Assembly: GCA_021432655.1 (NCBI GenBank)
Contig: MU271183.1
Span: 1 to 64,000, forward strand
Reading direction: 5' to 3'
Length of the DNA: 64,000 nt
Source of the DNA: Atractiella rhizophila
Taxonomy: Eukaryota
Shown: piece after piece, positions 24,895-38,586 of the stretch
How the letters are laid out: the number at the start of each line of letters is the position of its first letter
How positions within the stretch are numbered: position 1 is the first letter of the stretch
The notes under the pieces: model-generated
What the model saw: only the letters and a program-made list of their open reading frames with translations
Told to the model about the DNA's origin: nothing
Database searches by the model: none
Translations under genes and position numbers: made by a program

Positions 24895-27800
24895 TTAGAC
24901 CATGATCAACCCTTTGTTGTGATCACAGCAGGACGCACAACAATTGGTAAAGTCAAGTTGACTCAAGCTTGCTTGAACAGGAACTGGCTGCTGCTTCGCG
25001 TCAACAAACCGCCTTGAAATCCTGTTCATATTCAGAACCGCTGAATTCCTGGGAGATTGGGTGGTGGTAGTCCCCCTGCTCATCAACGGTTGCGTTACAT
25101 CGTCGAACCGTCCATCGATGGAAGCCCGCTCAGGTCCCGCGCAAAGTTTGCTCGCTCCAACAGCAATGGCAGTCGCAGTAGGAGAGATGGTGGCGTAAGA
25201 TCCGAAAAGGGAGGCGAAGCTTTGTAGGCTGAGCCGTTTTGCGAGGGACGATCCGGAGGAGGCTGAGGGCAGAGGTGCATCGATCGCACCAAAATCCTTG
25301 GAGCCAGAAAGTGAGGCAGACATGTGAGCAGAACGGGCAACAGGAGGCATGCTACTGAATGTGGAGGAACGACGAGGTGTCATGGGTACACCACCAACAG
25401 GTGCGGTCGCAGCGTGAGGCCGTGGAGAAGAAGGCCGCCGGAAATGTGCAGGAGTTGTTGGCGTGACGGGAGCGGGAGCATCCTGCATGGCGAGCTCGAG
25501 GCCGGCGGAAAGCGCGGCTGGCAAATTGAACATGGAAGCAGACATTGGCAGTGGCGGGAGGGTCTGAGGAACTATTAGCAAACCGTGAAAGGACAAAGAG
25601 AGATGAATTTACAGGTGCCGCATTATAGTTGAAAAAGGAGTCATCCTCCTCGTCCTCCTCGTACTTCGGAGCGGTTCCCTTCGGGAAGGACCAAGTCTTG
25701 ACAAAGCTTTCCTTTCTCTCGTGCTTGGAAGGTTTGCCGACCATAATGTTCAGCGGCGAGACCTGAGGGACGGCCGGAGTGGGAGGTACGCTACCAACAT
25801 AATTGGTAGCGTTTGCTTGCCAAGTACCAATCATCCCTTCTTCATCGTAGACGTGAACAGGATCCTCAAGTGGGGGAAGGGGCTGTAAGACTTCTGAAAC
25901 CTTTGTATCGTTATCCTCTTCCTCTTCTTCCTCTTCAGCCAGCGTTTGTAATCCACCAAGAGCCATTGCTGGTACGGGATAATCTCCAGTGCTACCTTCC
26001 CTAGATTTAAAGCCGAGCCCAGGTAAAGAGAATTGGGAAGAGCTTGGTGACCTGTAGAACGGTTCCTCGTCAGAATTGAAAGCGCTGGTGTCTAGAGACG
26101 AGGTCCTTCTTGCAGGATCGTAGAAGGAGAAGGAGGACGTGTTAGAGTAGTTCGAGATATCGGACGACTGGGTACCAGTATACATATGCTGTGAGGAGGA
26201 ACGCGTAACGAGGGGGACCACGGTTTGTGAGGTGAGCGAATCGGTAATCTCTTCGTCTCTGGGAACGTCAATTTCATCCTCCTCCTCTTGCATTTCGTCA
26301 ATCAGTTCGTCAAAAAGCCTCTTTTCTTTCTCACTCGCCAACTCTTTCTTGGTCAACTCATGCTCCTTCCTCTCCTTTTCCAAGCTTGCCATAAGGCTGA
26401 AAACTTGATCCTTCATCTCGTTCACGAGCTTGGTCTGCGTAGCCACTTCCGCATTGATACCTTCGGTGAGTCTATCTCCCAACTTCCTGATCTTCTCCCT
26501 GGCGATCATATTTTCCTTTTTCTCCTCCTCGACCTTCGTTTTCTCCTTCTCCAGCGCCTCCTTCAGCTCCTCAGCCTTCACCCTCCACACTTGGGTTTGC
26601 TCCCTCAACTCATCCCTCTCCAACTGTACCACATCAAGCTTTCCATGGAGACCATCCATCTCCCTCCTCAAAGCTTCAATTTCAACGACCTTCTCCTTCG
26701 TTCCGCTCTCCATCGCTTCCCTGCTCCTCTTCAGACTTCCTTCTAGGTCTTCAATGCGGTCGTTCAAACCCTCCTTTTCTTCTGCCATCCTCCGTTCAAG
26801 CTCGCTATACCGTCCCTTTGCGTCCCTTAACAAGCGACTTCCCTCGCTCTTAAGCGCAACCATCTCCTCCTCTTTTTTCTTCAATTCCTTTTTCAACTTC
26901 TCCACCTCCATCTCATCACTCGTCGCGCTTCCCTCGTCGTCAAGTTCTAGGTCGCCAAATCCACCCCCATTCATCGCCGGGGTTGAGGGGAACGCAAATT
27001 CCTTCAATCCGGAGGACAAAGGGGTAGGTACAGAATCCTTTCTATAAGAGATACTGCTCCTCTTTCCCAAGTTGAAGCTGTTCCCACGGCTAAGGGATCC
27101 TCTTCGTCCAACCGAAAACGCTTCTCCAGCAGGTGAGAAATTCTTCAATCCCGCAATGCTTCCGCTCCTCGGCCCAGAGTTTCCAATCCAAGATCCTCTG
27201 CCATTAGGAGTGACAGGTGAAGCGACGGCTTCAGGACCAGCAGAGGACGAGAAAGAAAGTGTAAGGGACCTCAACCCTTTCTTCATATTACCGGCATCGA
27301 CGGAAGCGTTTGTTGAGCCAGCAGTCCCAGTGGAATGGGAGTCTTGGGAGGAGAATGACTGATGCGAGGACATGGTACGAGACGGATTCGGACTCTTGTC
27401 TAGCGAAGCTGAAGGGAAGGCGAACTTGGTGGGTGGAGTGGAGCGAGCGGGGAATGTGAACTGCTTCGCACCTGCAGAGGGTTGAGCTTGGCGGGTAGCG
27501 CTCGTTGGCGACGTAGTAGGAGACTGGGTAGCTTGTCTATCGAACTGTGCGCCAAACATTGCATGCATCAGATAACTTCTCTCAAAAAACGTGGAATCCC
27601 GAACCTTTTCCTCTTGTGGAATATATAAAGTAGTTGGCCGCTTCTTCTTCTCCTTCTCCTTCAAACTGCCTTCAGGACTTCTATTTCCTGACGTCTTCCT
27701 AGAGTGCTGTTCTTTGCTAGACTTCCTCCCATGTTCCCGACTTCCCTTCCTGCCATGATTCCATCCGCCTTCTTCTTCCTCCTCCTCGTCTTCCTCCACC

Positions 27801-29189
27801 AACATTCCCAGTTCTCTCGCACCTTCTCCTCCCCCGATTCCCAAACCCAGCCCACCTGGTCCACCGCCCAAGCTGCCCTGTCCAGGCGCATGAGACCAGC
27901 TCCCGGGTCTTCTTCCCAAGCCTGCGCCTCTCTCAGCTCCGTAGCCTACGCCAGCAGGGGAGCTCATGGACACGTTCTCGTCCGAGCAGCTCTCGAGATC
28001 GATGACATCGTCACTCCCACCGTAGTTAGAAGACGCGTTCGAATTCCTCATCCTGCCCTCCAACTTAGCCAACGCACTCATCCTCTCCCCGCCCCACGAT
28101 TTCCTCAATCCATGGGCACCCATACCACCACCCAAGCCTGGAGCAACGGGGAACCCAAGTCTCGTATCCATTTCTCCCAGGCCTGCAGGATTAGGAGAAG
28201 CAGTTGGGGTGGACTGGTTCGAGGTAACGGGATGAGGAGGGATGCTGAGAAGGGACAGCGCCTGCGAAACGGGGAGACCACCCATGATGGACAGACTATC
28301 GGAACGGTTCGAAACGCTGCCCACCCGACGGTGACGAGACATGGTCCGCTTGTGACTGTGTCCGCCAATGACTCCACCTCCGCCGCGGGGAGTAGAGGGA
28401 GACGCTTCGCTGTTGCTCATTTCGGACGAGGGACTGCGGGGAAACGTCCAGTTGGAGTTGAGATTCCCAGTCGCACGTCCATTCCCGTTCGCTTTCACGC
28501 TCCCGTTGCCAGAAGTAGCGGACGCTTGAGAGGAGACAGATTCGGCTGAGGAGTTAAACTTGGGCTGGAGGAAGACGTTGTTCTTGAACCCTACTCCGGA
28601 CTGCGATTGAGGCCGCAGTTTCGACACCGAGATGGAGATGGAAGAATTCTTGCTCCTCTTGTGTGCATGAGAGCCACCGACACCATAGGACTTGGAGGAG
28701 GGACGTCGGGTGTGAGAGTTGGACGGTCTCGAGAAGTGTTGCTGGTTAGGATTCTGAGGGAAAGCAAATCCTGGAGCAGCCCCGTAGTGACCCTGACCCT
28801 GAAACTCGGCGTTGACTTGAGGTGGCGCGTGAAGAGCAGGGATGAACTTGTTGGTGCTCTTTGAACGTCGATGGGCATGCTTCGAGCGGGATTCCTTGCG
28901 TTCGTGTTGAATGTGCGGGTTTGGGGATTCGGTAGGAGTTGACCTGGTCGATATCGGCGGAGGTGAAGTTGCATCGATCGACGCAGTAGAAGAGAACTGA
29001 GACGAGGAAAGAGCGTTCTGTTTCGCTCTGAACGACTTCAACTAAACAACCCGTCACATTCACATCCATAATTCCGCAGAACACGACACCCGAAAGTGAA
29101 AAACGCACCTTTTTCTTCGCTGCCTGCACCCTTTCAGCCCTCTCCTTGCTAGTCTCTTGAGGGAAATTAAGGCCTTGCCAATCACTCAT
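24895..29189 (-). CDS. ~1400-aa coiled-coil/disordered protein, candidate golgin; 3 exons
   Basis: Exon 1 ERAERVQAAKKK spliced to LKSFR of the 1229-aa ORF; E/K-rich coiled coil at about 26300-26920; last exon ends LDFTNCCASCCDHNKGLIMV*. Confidence 0.8.
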
Positions 29190-30420
29190 TCTAATAAGTT
29201 AGTCTAATGGACGGTCGGTCGACTGGAGTGGTTGGAAAAGATCGTTTCGCTGGCAGGCGTGATTTGAGTGATCCTTCTAGGATGTGCCGATTGCAATGAA
29301 ATACGAAATGTTGAGCAACGATAATACTGATGAAAGAGAAAATGCAGCGCCTCTGCTATTTTGATGGCGCCCTTGTCGTCTGTAAAGGAGCTTCTGAGTG
29401 TTAGGGCTTGGGTTTGTCTGGCGGTAATTACTTCTTTCGGACGTTTTCACGTCCCACATAATTACCTTTGAGTTCAACCCGAGACATTATCGTTCAACTG
29501 AATAGTCCAGGTGAGAGCTGCCGTCTTTGTATATACTTCTCTTACTGGATTGATTTATTTGATTCCTAAGCAGTGCGGCTGCAGCGTCTGTTGAGCCTGT
29601 GCCCTGCCTTCCATACGTACAACAAGTAGCATCCTTTTATTTTAGGAAGAGACATATGTGGTTGAAGGTAGATTTACACCATAACAGCACAATATTGAAA
29701 ATATTCTGAGTTTAATGATCAGTTCAAGGCGATGCATAAACATCTGGCAAAAGCAAATTAATGTCATTTTCGGCACATTTCTGTAGGAGAATACCTTCAT
29801 TGTCAACTCACCATTCCGCCAGTCGAATTCCTAAAGCAACAGGTATTGAATTATTTATAAGGATACAAACAGACTCTTCTATTCGCTTTATTTTATCTAC
29901 CTGCGAAATTCCCACAGCCTCCATCTATGGTTGACGGTTGTGTGTTCGATTTCTTTTCTTTTCCAGCTTACTCCAGGAGGTATGGCTGCAGAGGTCCAAT
30001 TGTAAGCGATGGGGAAGAAATAAAGATCTGGACTGTCAGCCCCTTAACGCTCAGTCAGTTGCTACTCGAAGTCGTGAGGACACAATCCATCAATATTTGT
30101 TTATCTGCCCGAATCTGCTCTTTCGATGTGAGGCTGTTTCGCGAGGGAGGTTGCGCGGTATTTTTGCGAACCTTGAAAAATAAAATTGAGGAGGCTCCAC
30201 CTGAAGAAGTGTAGAAATCTGCGCTCCTCCCCTCTTAGATTTTGTCGCGTCTCCTCATCAACGAGTGAATTTGCCAGCTTTGTGCCATGTCGTGAGTCGG
30301 CTTGTCCGAGTCGTGTCGAGTCCATCTGACCGGACCCCGCTGTGCAGGCTGTTTATAAAAAGGACCAAAGGAGAAAGGTTACGAATGTCTCTGCCTTTTC
30401 CACTCCCTGCTCGATTCTAA

Positions 30421-32601
30421 ATGTCGAAAATCGAAGCTCCATACGGCTCCTGGGTCTCTCCCATCACTCCAGAGGTTGTCATCAAATCTGGTTCCTCCTC
30501 TGGGCCTGGATTGCAAGTCGACTCGCACGGTGGGATATACCTACTTGAATCGCGAGCGGATGAGGGAAGAAGTGTCATTTGTCAATTTGAAGATGGAGTT
30601 AAAAGTGATGTCGTGGGTAAGGATGTGACAGTGGGATCGAAGGTGCATGAATGTGCGTTCACATTCAACACTTTAACGGTTGGAGTCGTACTAACTTTGA
30701 GAGCGCGTAGACGGAGGTGGTGCTTGGGAGGTAAAAGGCGACAGAATTGTATATGCTCACTCGAAAAACTTGGCGGTTTGGATTATGGACAGGAAGGAGT
30801 CGAAGTGGGGAAATGCGGTGAGGGTCACTCCTGGTCTCATCCCATTCGTTTCTGCACATCCACGTCCAGTCTCACACTCCCTACAGAATCCTCAGCATAC
30901 CGCTACGCCGACTTCTCCATTCATCCTCACCATCCTGAACTCATCCTTTCTATCCTGGAGGATCACACAATCGATACGCCGTCCACAGTCGTGAACAGTC
31001 TCATTCTCATCAATACGCTCCAGGGAACTTCGACACAGATAGCGGGAGGAAATGATTTTTATTCTGCCCCGCGCTGGTCCCCGAACGGCAAATACGTATC
31101 GTTTCTGACCTGGAACTTTCCCGATATGCCGTTCGAGGCGACAGAGCTGTGGATTGGGGAGGTAGAACCCTCTATCACGGACAAAAAGGATCAGAGGTTT
31201 TGGAAATCGAACCCGGTGAAGATAGCAGGAGAGCTGAAGGGAGGAGAAGTGATTGATCAGCCTCTTTGGCTGCCTTCGAAAACAGAGGAGCAGAGGATTG
31301 TCTTTCTATCTGACCGGAGCAACTGGAAGAACTTTCAAGTTTATTCCACCCTTCACAAGGAGGTACGACCTGTCCTTAGAGAGGTCATCGAAGCAGATTT
31401 CGTTGGACCGGCATGGCAAGTAGGAAGGAGACAATGGAGCCCGCTCTCTTCGACTGCCTTTGTTGGATTTGCGAATGGCCAATTACATCTATTCGATGTG
31501 GAGGGACAAACAAGTAAAACTTTCGACCTGCCCGACGTAGCAGTTGTGGAGGCCATTCATGCCGTAACGGACTCTGGCTCTCAAAGCGGAAAGGTGCTAT
31601 TAACTGCGAGGAACTACAGCAAACCGCCAACTCTTTGTGCTTTTGATTTCGACTCCAAACAATTTTCCATCCTCCTTCATACTGGTCCTTCCCTCGATCC
31701 TAGTCATCTGTCCACCGGTACTCTATTCACGTTCCCTACATCGCACTCGTTCGCACGATTGACAGATCAAGCCATTGGTTATGCACGCTTCTATCCACCT
31801 ACATCAGCTAATTACAAAGGACCAGAGAACCTGAGGCCACCTGCCATCATCTTTGTGCATGGTGGACCGACTGGTAGCTCAAAATTTCACTACAATCTTT
31901 CCGAGGTTCAATTTTATACTTCGCGAGGTTTTGCCGTCGTGCTTGTCGAGTATGGAGGAACCGTAGATCCGGGATATGGTAGGGAGTATAGAAAGAGGCT
32001 CGACGAAGGTTGGGGCGTTATTGATAGGTTAGACTGTGAAAATGCAGTCAAATGGTTGATCGAGAAGGGGTGGATCGATGCTTCGAGAGTCGCGATAGCT
32101 GGAATTTCCAGTGGTGTGTCTTCTCCCTTTTCGCTTGACCACTTGCGAGAGGTGAAGCTGACTTGACTGGTTATATAAGGTGGGTACTGCGTCTTACTCT
32201 CACTTTGCTCTTCGACCATTTGGACGGCTGGTATCTGTTCTTATGGCATTGCGGACCTCGTTCCCTTTTTCAAAGAGACTCACAAATACGAATCACACTA
32301 CACTTCCATCCTTCCAGCCGACAATTTTGATCAAGTCTTAAAAGAAAGGAGTCCGATCAATCACATCGAAAAAATCACGGCTCCCGTCCTATTACTTCAA
32401 GGAGCAGATGATAGGGTCGTCCCTCCGAATCAGGCAATGATGATGAAAGAAGTACTGGAGAGGAACAATGTACCGGTCGAGCTCGTCTTGTTTGAAGGTG
32501 AAGCGCATGGCTGGAGACAAGCGAAAACTGTGGAGGCAGCTATGAACAAGCAAATCGAGTTCTTACGGAACACTTGGGGAATCAAGGACATTGGTAAGTA
32601 A
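30421..32601 (+). CDS. Peptidase S9 family (dipeptidyl-aminopeptidase/acylaminoacyl-peptidase-like), multi-exon
   Basis: APYGSWVSPIT start, HGGP, nucleophile GISSGGY (split by an intron), GADDRVV, GEAHG. Confidence 0.93.
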
Positions 32602-32769
32602 GATCATTTGTAACAATATTGGCAATACAGCATTGAGAGGCCATGTTTCACAATGAGCACATTATACATCACCTACGTCTTGACTCTCTAAGTTCTGTTT
32701 CTTATTTCCTCTCTCTCTCTCTTTCTCTGCATCATCCGCTTCCCTCCTGGTAATTCTCCCTTCAAAGAT

Positions 32770-33340
32770 CCACCATCCTGCCAACGAAGACACCGTGTCC
32801 ACTGTCGCTTCGTGCCCACCAAGCCGAATGCCAAGGTAGTTTTGATTTCGGTTCCATTGTCCATCAATTTCATGGGAACCCTCCGGAGCGCAGGGGTGAC
32901 TGCGGTAGTGTGTGGGGGATATTTTGGTCGCCGTCGAGGACAAGGCAAGGAGAATCTTTTGCGTCAGGAGGAGTGTCTGATTCCAGAAACAAACCGCGGT
33001 GATCCATCCTAGTCTCTACATTGAGCAGTGTCTACGGCGAGAGAAAAGAACTCATCTGAATAATTGAAATTACCGCTGTCATTGGAGTTGTTCAGCGTGA
33101 GCACAGCCATATAGATTGAGTTGTGATAGAGTAACCATCCTGTACCCGATAGTTGTTAGTCTTTCGCAGCTTCACCAAACATCTTATGGTCTAAAAACAA
33201 CCTTGTGATGATGGTTGTACGCCATACTCAGCCTGTCGACCCATCCATTCGTTTGGGGAAGAATCATCCATACTTTGAAGGACTTCTGGATTTGGCTCGA
33301 TCACGAAACCATATAATCCTGCCTTCAATGGCGCGCCAAC
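32770..33340 (-). pseudogene. DUF4419-like gene relic, copy 1
   Basis: AYNHHHKVVFRP*DVW, then an intron, then MVTLSQLNLYGCAHAEQL; resembles the remembered DUF4419 motif AYxxHxxLxxRPDDVWxAILSQFxxYVNAHAEEL; contains stops and frameshifts. Confidence 0.55.
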
Positions 33341-33347
33341 GGGCCAA

Positions 33348-33891
33348 GATCGAGAAGGGGTGGATCGATGCTTCGAGAGTCGCGATAGCTGGAATTTCCA
33401 GTGGTGTGTCTTCTCCCTTTTCGCTTGACCACTTGCGAGAGGTGAAGCTGACTTGACTGGTTATATAAGGCGGGTACTGCGTCTTACTCTCACTTTGCTC
33501 TTCGACCATTTGGACGGCTGGTATCTGTTCGTATGGCATTGCGGACCTCGTTCCCTTTTTCAAAGAGACTCACAAATACGAATCACACTACACTTCCATC
33601 CTTCCAGCTGACAATTTTGATCAAGTCTTGAAAGAAAGGAGTCCGATGAATCACATTGAAAAAATCACAGCTCCTGTACTATTACTTCAAGGAGCAGATG
33701 ATAGGGTCGTTCCTCCCAATCAGGCCATGATGATGAAAGAAGTACTGGAGAGGAACAATGTACCGGTCGAGCTCGTCTTGTTTGAAGGTGAAGCGCATGG
33801 CTGGAGACAAGCTAAAACTGTGGAGGCAGCCATGAACAAGCAAATCGAGTTCTTAAGGAACACTTGGGGAATCAAGGATATTGGTAAGTAA
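33348..33891 (+). pseudogene. Orphan duplicated 3' fragment of the S9 peptidase (probably the alternative allele)
   Basis: No 5' part; almost only silent differences from 32058-32601. Confidence 0.7.
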
Positions 33892-34039
33892 GATCATTTG
33901 TAATAATGTCGGTAATACAGCATTGAGATGCTACCTTTTACAATGAGCATATTTTACATCACCTACTTCTTGGCTTTATAAAATCTGCTTCTTATTTCCT
34001 CTCTCTCTCTTTCCCCGTATCTTCGCCTTCCTTCCTGGT

Positions 34040-34338
34040 AATACTCCCTTCAAACATCGTTTGGTCTAAAAACAGCCTTGTGATGATGCTTGTACGCCAT
34101 ATTTTCAGCGTGTAAACGAATCCATTCGTCTGGGAAGAATCATCGACGGGTGTCAATATTGCTTTGGAGAGATCGAGCTTTGAAATTTGAGATAGTTCTG
34201 GATTTGGCTTGATCAGACGAAAGCCATACAATCCTGTCTTCAATGATGCGCCAACCTTTCAGAAACCTTCTCGGCTTCGTGATGATTGACATCTTTCACC
34301 CCGACTTGTTTCTTTGAGGGACGAAAGGTGATTGGCAT
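34040..34338 (-). pseudogene. DUF4419-like gene relic, copy 2 (5' part)
   Basis: MPITFRPS start; NGFVYT, then a frameshift, then AYKHHHKAVFRPNDV*. Confidence 0.55.
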
Positions 34339-34799
34339 ATTGAATGAACTGGAAGAGATTGTAGACTTTTGGTTCTTGGTTCTTGCCTCGGGTGAATTAT
34401 TGTTATTGGCTGCTGCTTTTATGTATCCGCGACTTGAGCCAGTGAGATATTGAATGCGCAAGCAAAGGCTAGGGCAAACCCTGTGAATACTAGGTAAGTG
34501 GCTGATACCTAGAGCACCTAACGCGTTTCAAGCTCCGAGTCGGGGGGGAAAGGTTGTTCCCGTCTGCCTACCGTATGGAAGGGTGGGTTGCATGTCCATG
34601 TATAACACAAGAGGAGTTAAGTAAGCTTCGTCGTTGCCAGAGCGTTTGAGAAATAGATGGTTTTATTGACCAAGTGACGGGAAATGTATCTAGATCAACA
34701 CCCGGTAAAATCACGCATAACTTGAGCATCCTTCCTTCCTTCCTTCTTGATGAGAAATAGCGGCTTTGGGCTCCTCGTCGACCATCCAGGTTGCTCGCC

Positions 34800-35600
34800 C
34801 CATCCATGGAGTTCCTTTTCTCTTCAGCTCTCTAATCGCGCCAGAAATCTTGGCTAGTCTCGTTGAATTCTGTTGTCATGCCTTGTTAGATTCATTTTCT
34901 CACTGGGAGAAGCACACCTATGCAATCTTTCTTTAACTTCAGCCGCAAGTCCGTAAGTCATATCATCTGTTTCTTGTGCAGCACAATCTGATACAAAGTG
35001 CAGGTGGTTATTTCATACGCTCCAACGGATATATGATGAGTGTACTCACCTCTAAAAGTTCAACAACACCTACCGCTTTCTTCCTCGCCTTCTCAGTCAA
35101 GCTCATCCCCAAAATAGTCCTTATTTTCATAACTGCACTCTGAGCAATACTATTGGTGCTCTTTCCGTCTTGCGATTTCGTACGCTTCAAATCGAGGGAG
35201 GTTTGAGCTGCTGCTTTGCCTGTCGCTGTGGCCCTTCGAATCGTCAATTACACTCCCAGAAGTTCGATTATGTTAAGAACTTACTCGCTGAGCCGAACAT
35301 TTATCTCGTCGCTCAGGGAAGCATCAACTTCAGCACCAGATGCAGCCATCCTCTTCATCATTTCGTTGCACCTATCGAGAGACATTGCGATGAAGGAGCG
35401 GACGTCAGAGCCTTGGCTTATGTCTCGATATCGCTTTGATAGGCCGCGTTTTAGGGAGGAGAGCTCTTCTAGCATAGCTTGAATCTCTTCTTGGGGTAGC
35501 GAAGGGATTTGGTGGGGCCGTCTCTTCATGCCGCTGTGTCCAGGTAAAATTAAAATACTGTGTCGTTGTTGCTGTTAAGTGGATGCGAAAGCTCACCGTC
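34800..35600 (-). other. Possible small or degenerate multi-exon gene of unknown function
   Basis: Short helical ORFs (35281-35529, 35008-35247) bounded by gtaagt/gtgagt donors; no clean full model could be built. Confidence 0.3.
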
Positions 35601-36123
35601 TTGGTTTTCAAAGAAGCTGCTGTAAGGGCAGGTAAACATGAACATGGCCAGGTCATGATGACGCGATATTTCTGGAACCAACCGGTAATTGTGCACGTCT
35701 CATCAGCTCCAATTGCCTCAATTGCCTCCAATCTCGCTCCAATCAGTATTTCTTATGATTGCAACTTTGGCTTTATCGTCCGTCCAGCTTCCGTCCAGCT
35801 TCCTCACTCCGTACTCCCTAGCACAAAACCAGCCGTAAAGTAATGGCTCTGTTAAGAATGCATCATGGACTCGGACTCGGAAGGCACTGGCAGCACAACA
35901 ACATTTATCACGCGTGACATCACTATCTTCGCCGTATTCCATCCTAGAAGATGCGGTTTCCGCGAGTCCGTTCTGCCAAGCGGCGGGAGGTTGAACGCCA
36001 ATTAAGTGGGCAATCGGTCTTTGGCTGACTGCGACGTGGCATCCCTTTTTATTATGAAGGAGCAAGTCATCCACCTTTCAGTTTTAAGGATAGCGTTCCA
36101 CCTTCACCTCCGCACATCCAAAC

Positions 36124-38335
36124 ATGAAAATCTACCCTACTTTCAAGTTGGTCGTCTTTGTGATCGCGTCATCGTACGTTTTCTGACAAGGAAAATTCAA
36201 GGCGTTGACTCTTTCGATATCATCATTAGTGCATATGCGGCTACGCATGAGCTCACGCTCTCTGCGACGGAGTATCCCATCGACTCTGTAAACCTCTACC
36301 CATCCAACAGAGCGGACATCTCCCGCGTGTTCCCTCTTCACCTCCACCAAGGCGAAAATATAGTCCTCATAACCCAACTGTCTTCTGGGATCATAAGTAG
36401 CGACCTCCAGTACGTCTGCATCCTGCATCTTGCTAGCTGCCAGAGCTTGTGCTGAGATTGGTGTTGTTGTCGGTTACGCACTATAGGATAAAAGCGTCCG
36501 CTCCTTTCAAAACTACCCTTAAAGGAGTGGCTAGCGCGAAGAAACCGAGGCATCCTTCCTACGGCGATGGTTATGGACAAGATGAAGATGAGGAATTGAA
36601 AGAGTTGAGGAGAAGGAGAGGAGATGCTGAGCTTAAGGAGAGAAGACTCGATTTGCGTTACGACACACTTTACGAATACACTCGGGCAATGAAGCCTGCC
36701 AATAGTTTGTCTTTCATCCTTCTTCCTAGGCCAACAGCTATTAAGATATGAATCGGACAGCCAATCTATCCGATTTTTCCGCCTCCCTCGAATATTTCGA
36801 AGAAGAAGCTACCCGTCTTAGGTCCCTCATCCATTCCACGCGTGCAGATGTCAAAAGGCTAAGAGAAGAGGAGACCGCTTTGGAAGCGAAGAAGGGAGGG
36901 AACAAAGATTTGCGTTCTTCTGTCACGGTGAAGATATGGGCTGAAAAGGCTGGAGACGCCGTCGTGAGCTTGAAGTATGGGGTGAAAGGAGCGAAGTGGA
37001 AGCCGGTCTATGATGCGAGGGTCGTGGAGGAAGGAACCTGGTCGGCCAAGTTGGAGTATGGTGCCGTGGTCGAGCAATCGACCGGTGAGGTGAGTTTCTC
37101 TTTATTTAATCCAAGATTAGTGCTCACTGAGCTCTTGCGGAAAGGATTGGATAGATGTCGACCTCATTCTCGCCACCTCCCAACCGTCGTTCTCTCCTAT
37201 CCCTCCAACGCTCGATCCATGGTTCCTCAGTCCTCCATCATACATTCCACCGCAAAGGCGCGGCGCCCAGCAGTTTAACGTGAAGTACTCCAAAATGGTT
37301 ACTCACGACGAATTCTTGGGCGACGATGAGGACGAGTTGATGGGAGCTGGGATGCCGGAGAATGTGATGATGGATTTGCCTTCTCCGCTGGAGGAAGCAG
37401 AGAAAATGCAAGAAGCAGGAGTGAACCAGGCACAAGTCGGGAAACAGAGTCAACTTTCTGTCTCGTTGGAGGTTCCCGGAAAAACGACGATCTTGTCTCG
37501 CTCATCTACATCGGCGCACAGCTCAGGACGGAACGGCAAGAAGGAGGATCAGACCGTTAGCATTGCCGAGTGGAAGATGGAGGCGGATATGGAATGGTTG
37601 GTAGTTCCAAGTAAGGACACGGAAGTGTATCTCACAGTCAGTTTCATCTTCCATTCTTTCTGCAGTGCGCTTAATGCTTCACAGGCCAAGGTAAAGAATG
37701 ACCTTTATCCACTTCTTCCTGGGCCACTTGCCATTTACCTACACGATGCATTTGTTGCTCGTTCGTCCTTTGATTCCATGATCAGCCCTGGGGAAACATT
37801 CAATCTGCACCTGGGGTATGTTTGTTCAGCTTTCTATTCTCACTTGATTCACAATACTGTCCTTTCTAGTGTCGATCGGGCCATACGAGTCGAGTACCCG
37901 CCACTCAGGAGACATCGAGCGTCGCGAGGTTTATTGCAGGGAAGTTTGACCAAGATGGACGCTTGGAAAATGGAGCAATACATCAAGATTATCAACTCGC
38001 ATCCTCCCTCTCCGAAGGAAAAAGAAGACGGGATTACGATCAAAGTCGCTGAACGCATTCCTATGAGCACCGACAGTAGGATCCAAGTCCGACTTCTCCA
38101 TCCTCCTCTCCCTATGCCTTTACCTGCAATGTCTACCAACGAAGAGGAGAAAGGAGCGTCACAGAAAATCGCTTCTATTGACGGAGCAAATGGGAGGAAT
38201 GTGACAGCAAAATGGAAAGATGAGAAGAAGCATGAGATCGAGTGGACTTTGACTCTCGATGGTGGTAGCGAGGAAGAAATTAGACTCGAATGGGAGGTCG
38301 TAGCTCAGGCGGGAATGGGAATTCAAGGATTTTAG
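36124..38335 (+). CDS. DUF4140/DUF4139 (mucoidy inhibitor MuiA-like) protein, multi-exon
   Basis: IDSVNLYPSNRADISR...GENIVLITQL; LKYGVKGAKWKPVYDAR, VEQSTGEDW; YPLLPGPLAIY, ERIPMSTDSRIQV. Confidence 0.88.
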
Positions 38336-38586
38336 TTTGAATGCTTTGCAGTCGTGGTGGCTGATGTTGATGAGACAGACTTTGGCAATGCTCTGTGTAA
38401 TTTTACTGCTGTTCGTGGAACAATGGACCAACCCTTCAGTATTCAATTCTGACACATCGGCGATTAAGTATTTGGATTTGTGATCTTGCCTTTTGCCGAA
38501 GTACCTCTGCTCACGTGATTGCAGTGACAAGATATAGTTACCGACTAGAGCACCAAGAAATTTTTTTTTTTGACCATCGCCTCAAG

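Larger units (their letters stand above)
32058..34255. repeat. Tandem duplication (32058-33340 / 33348-34255): S9 peptidase 3' end plus DUF4419 relic
   Basis: Peptidase part nearly identical; downstream part much more diverged, with a ~410-bp indel. Confidence 0.9.
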
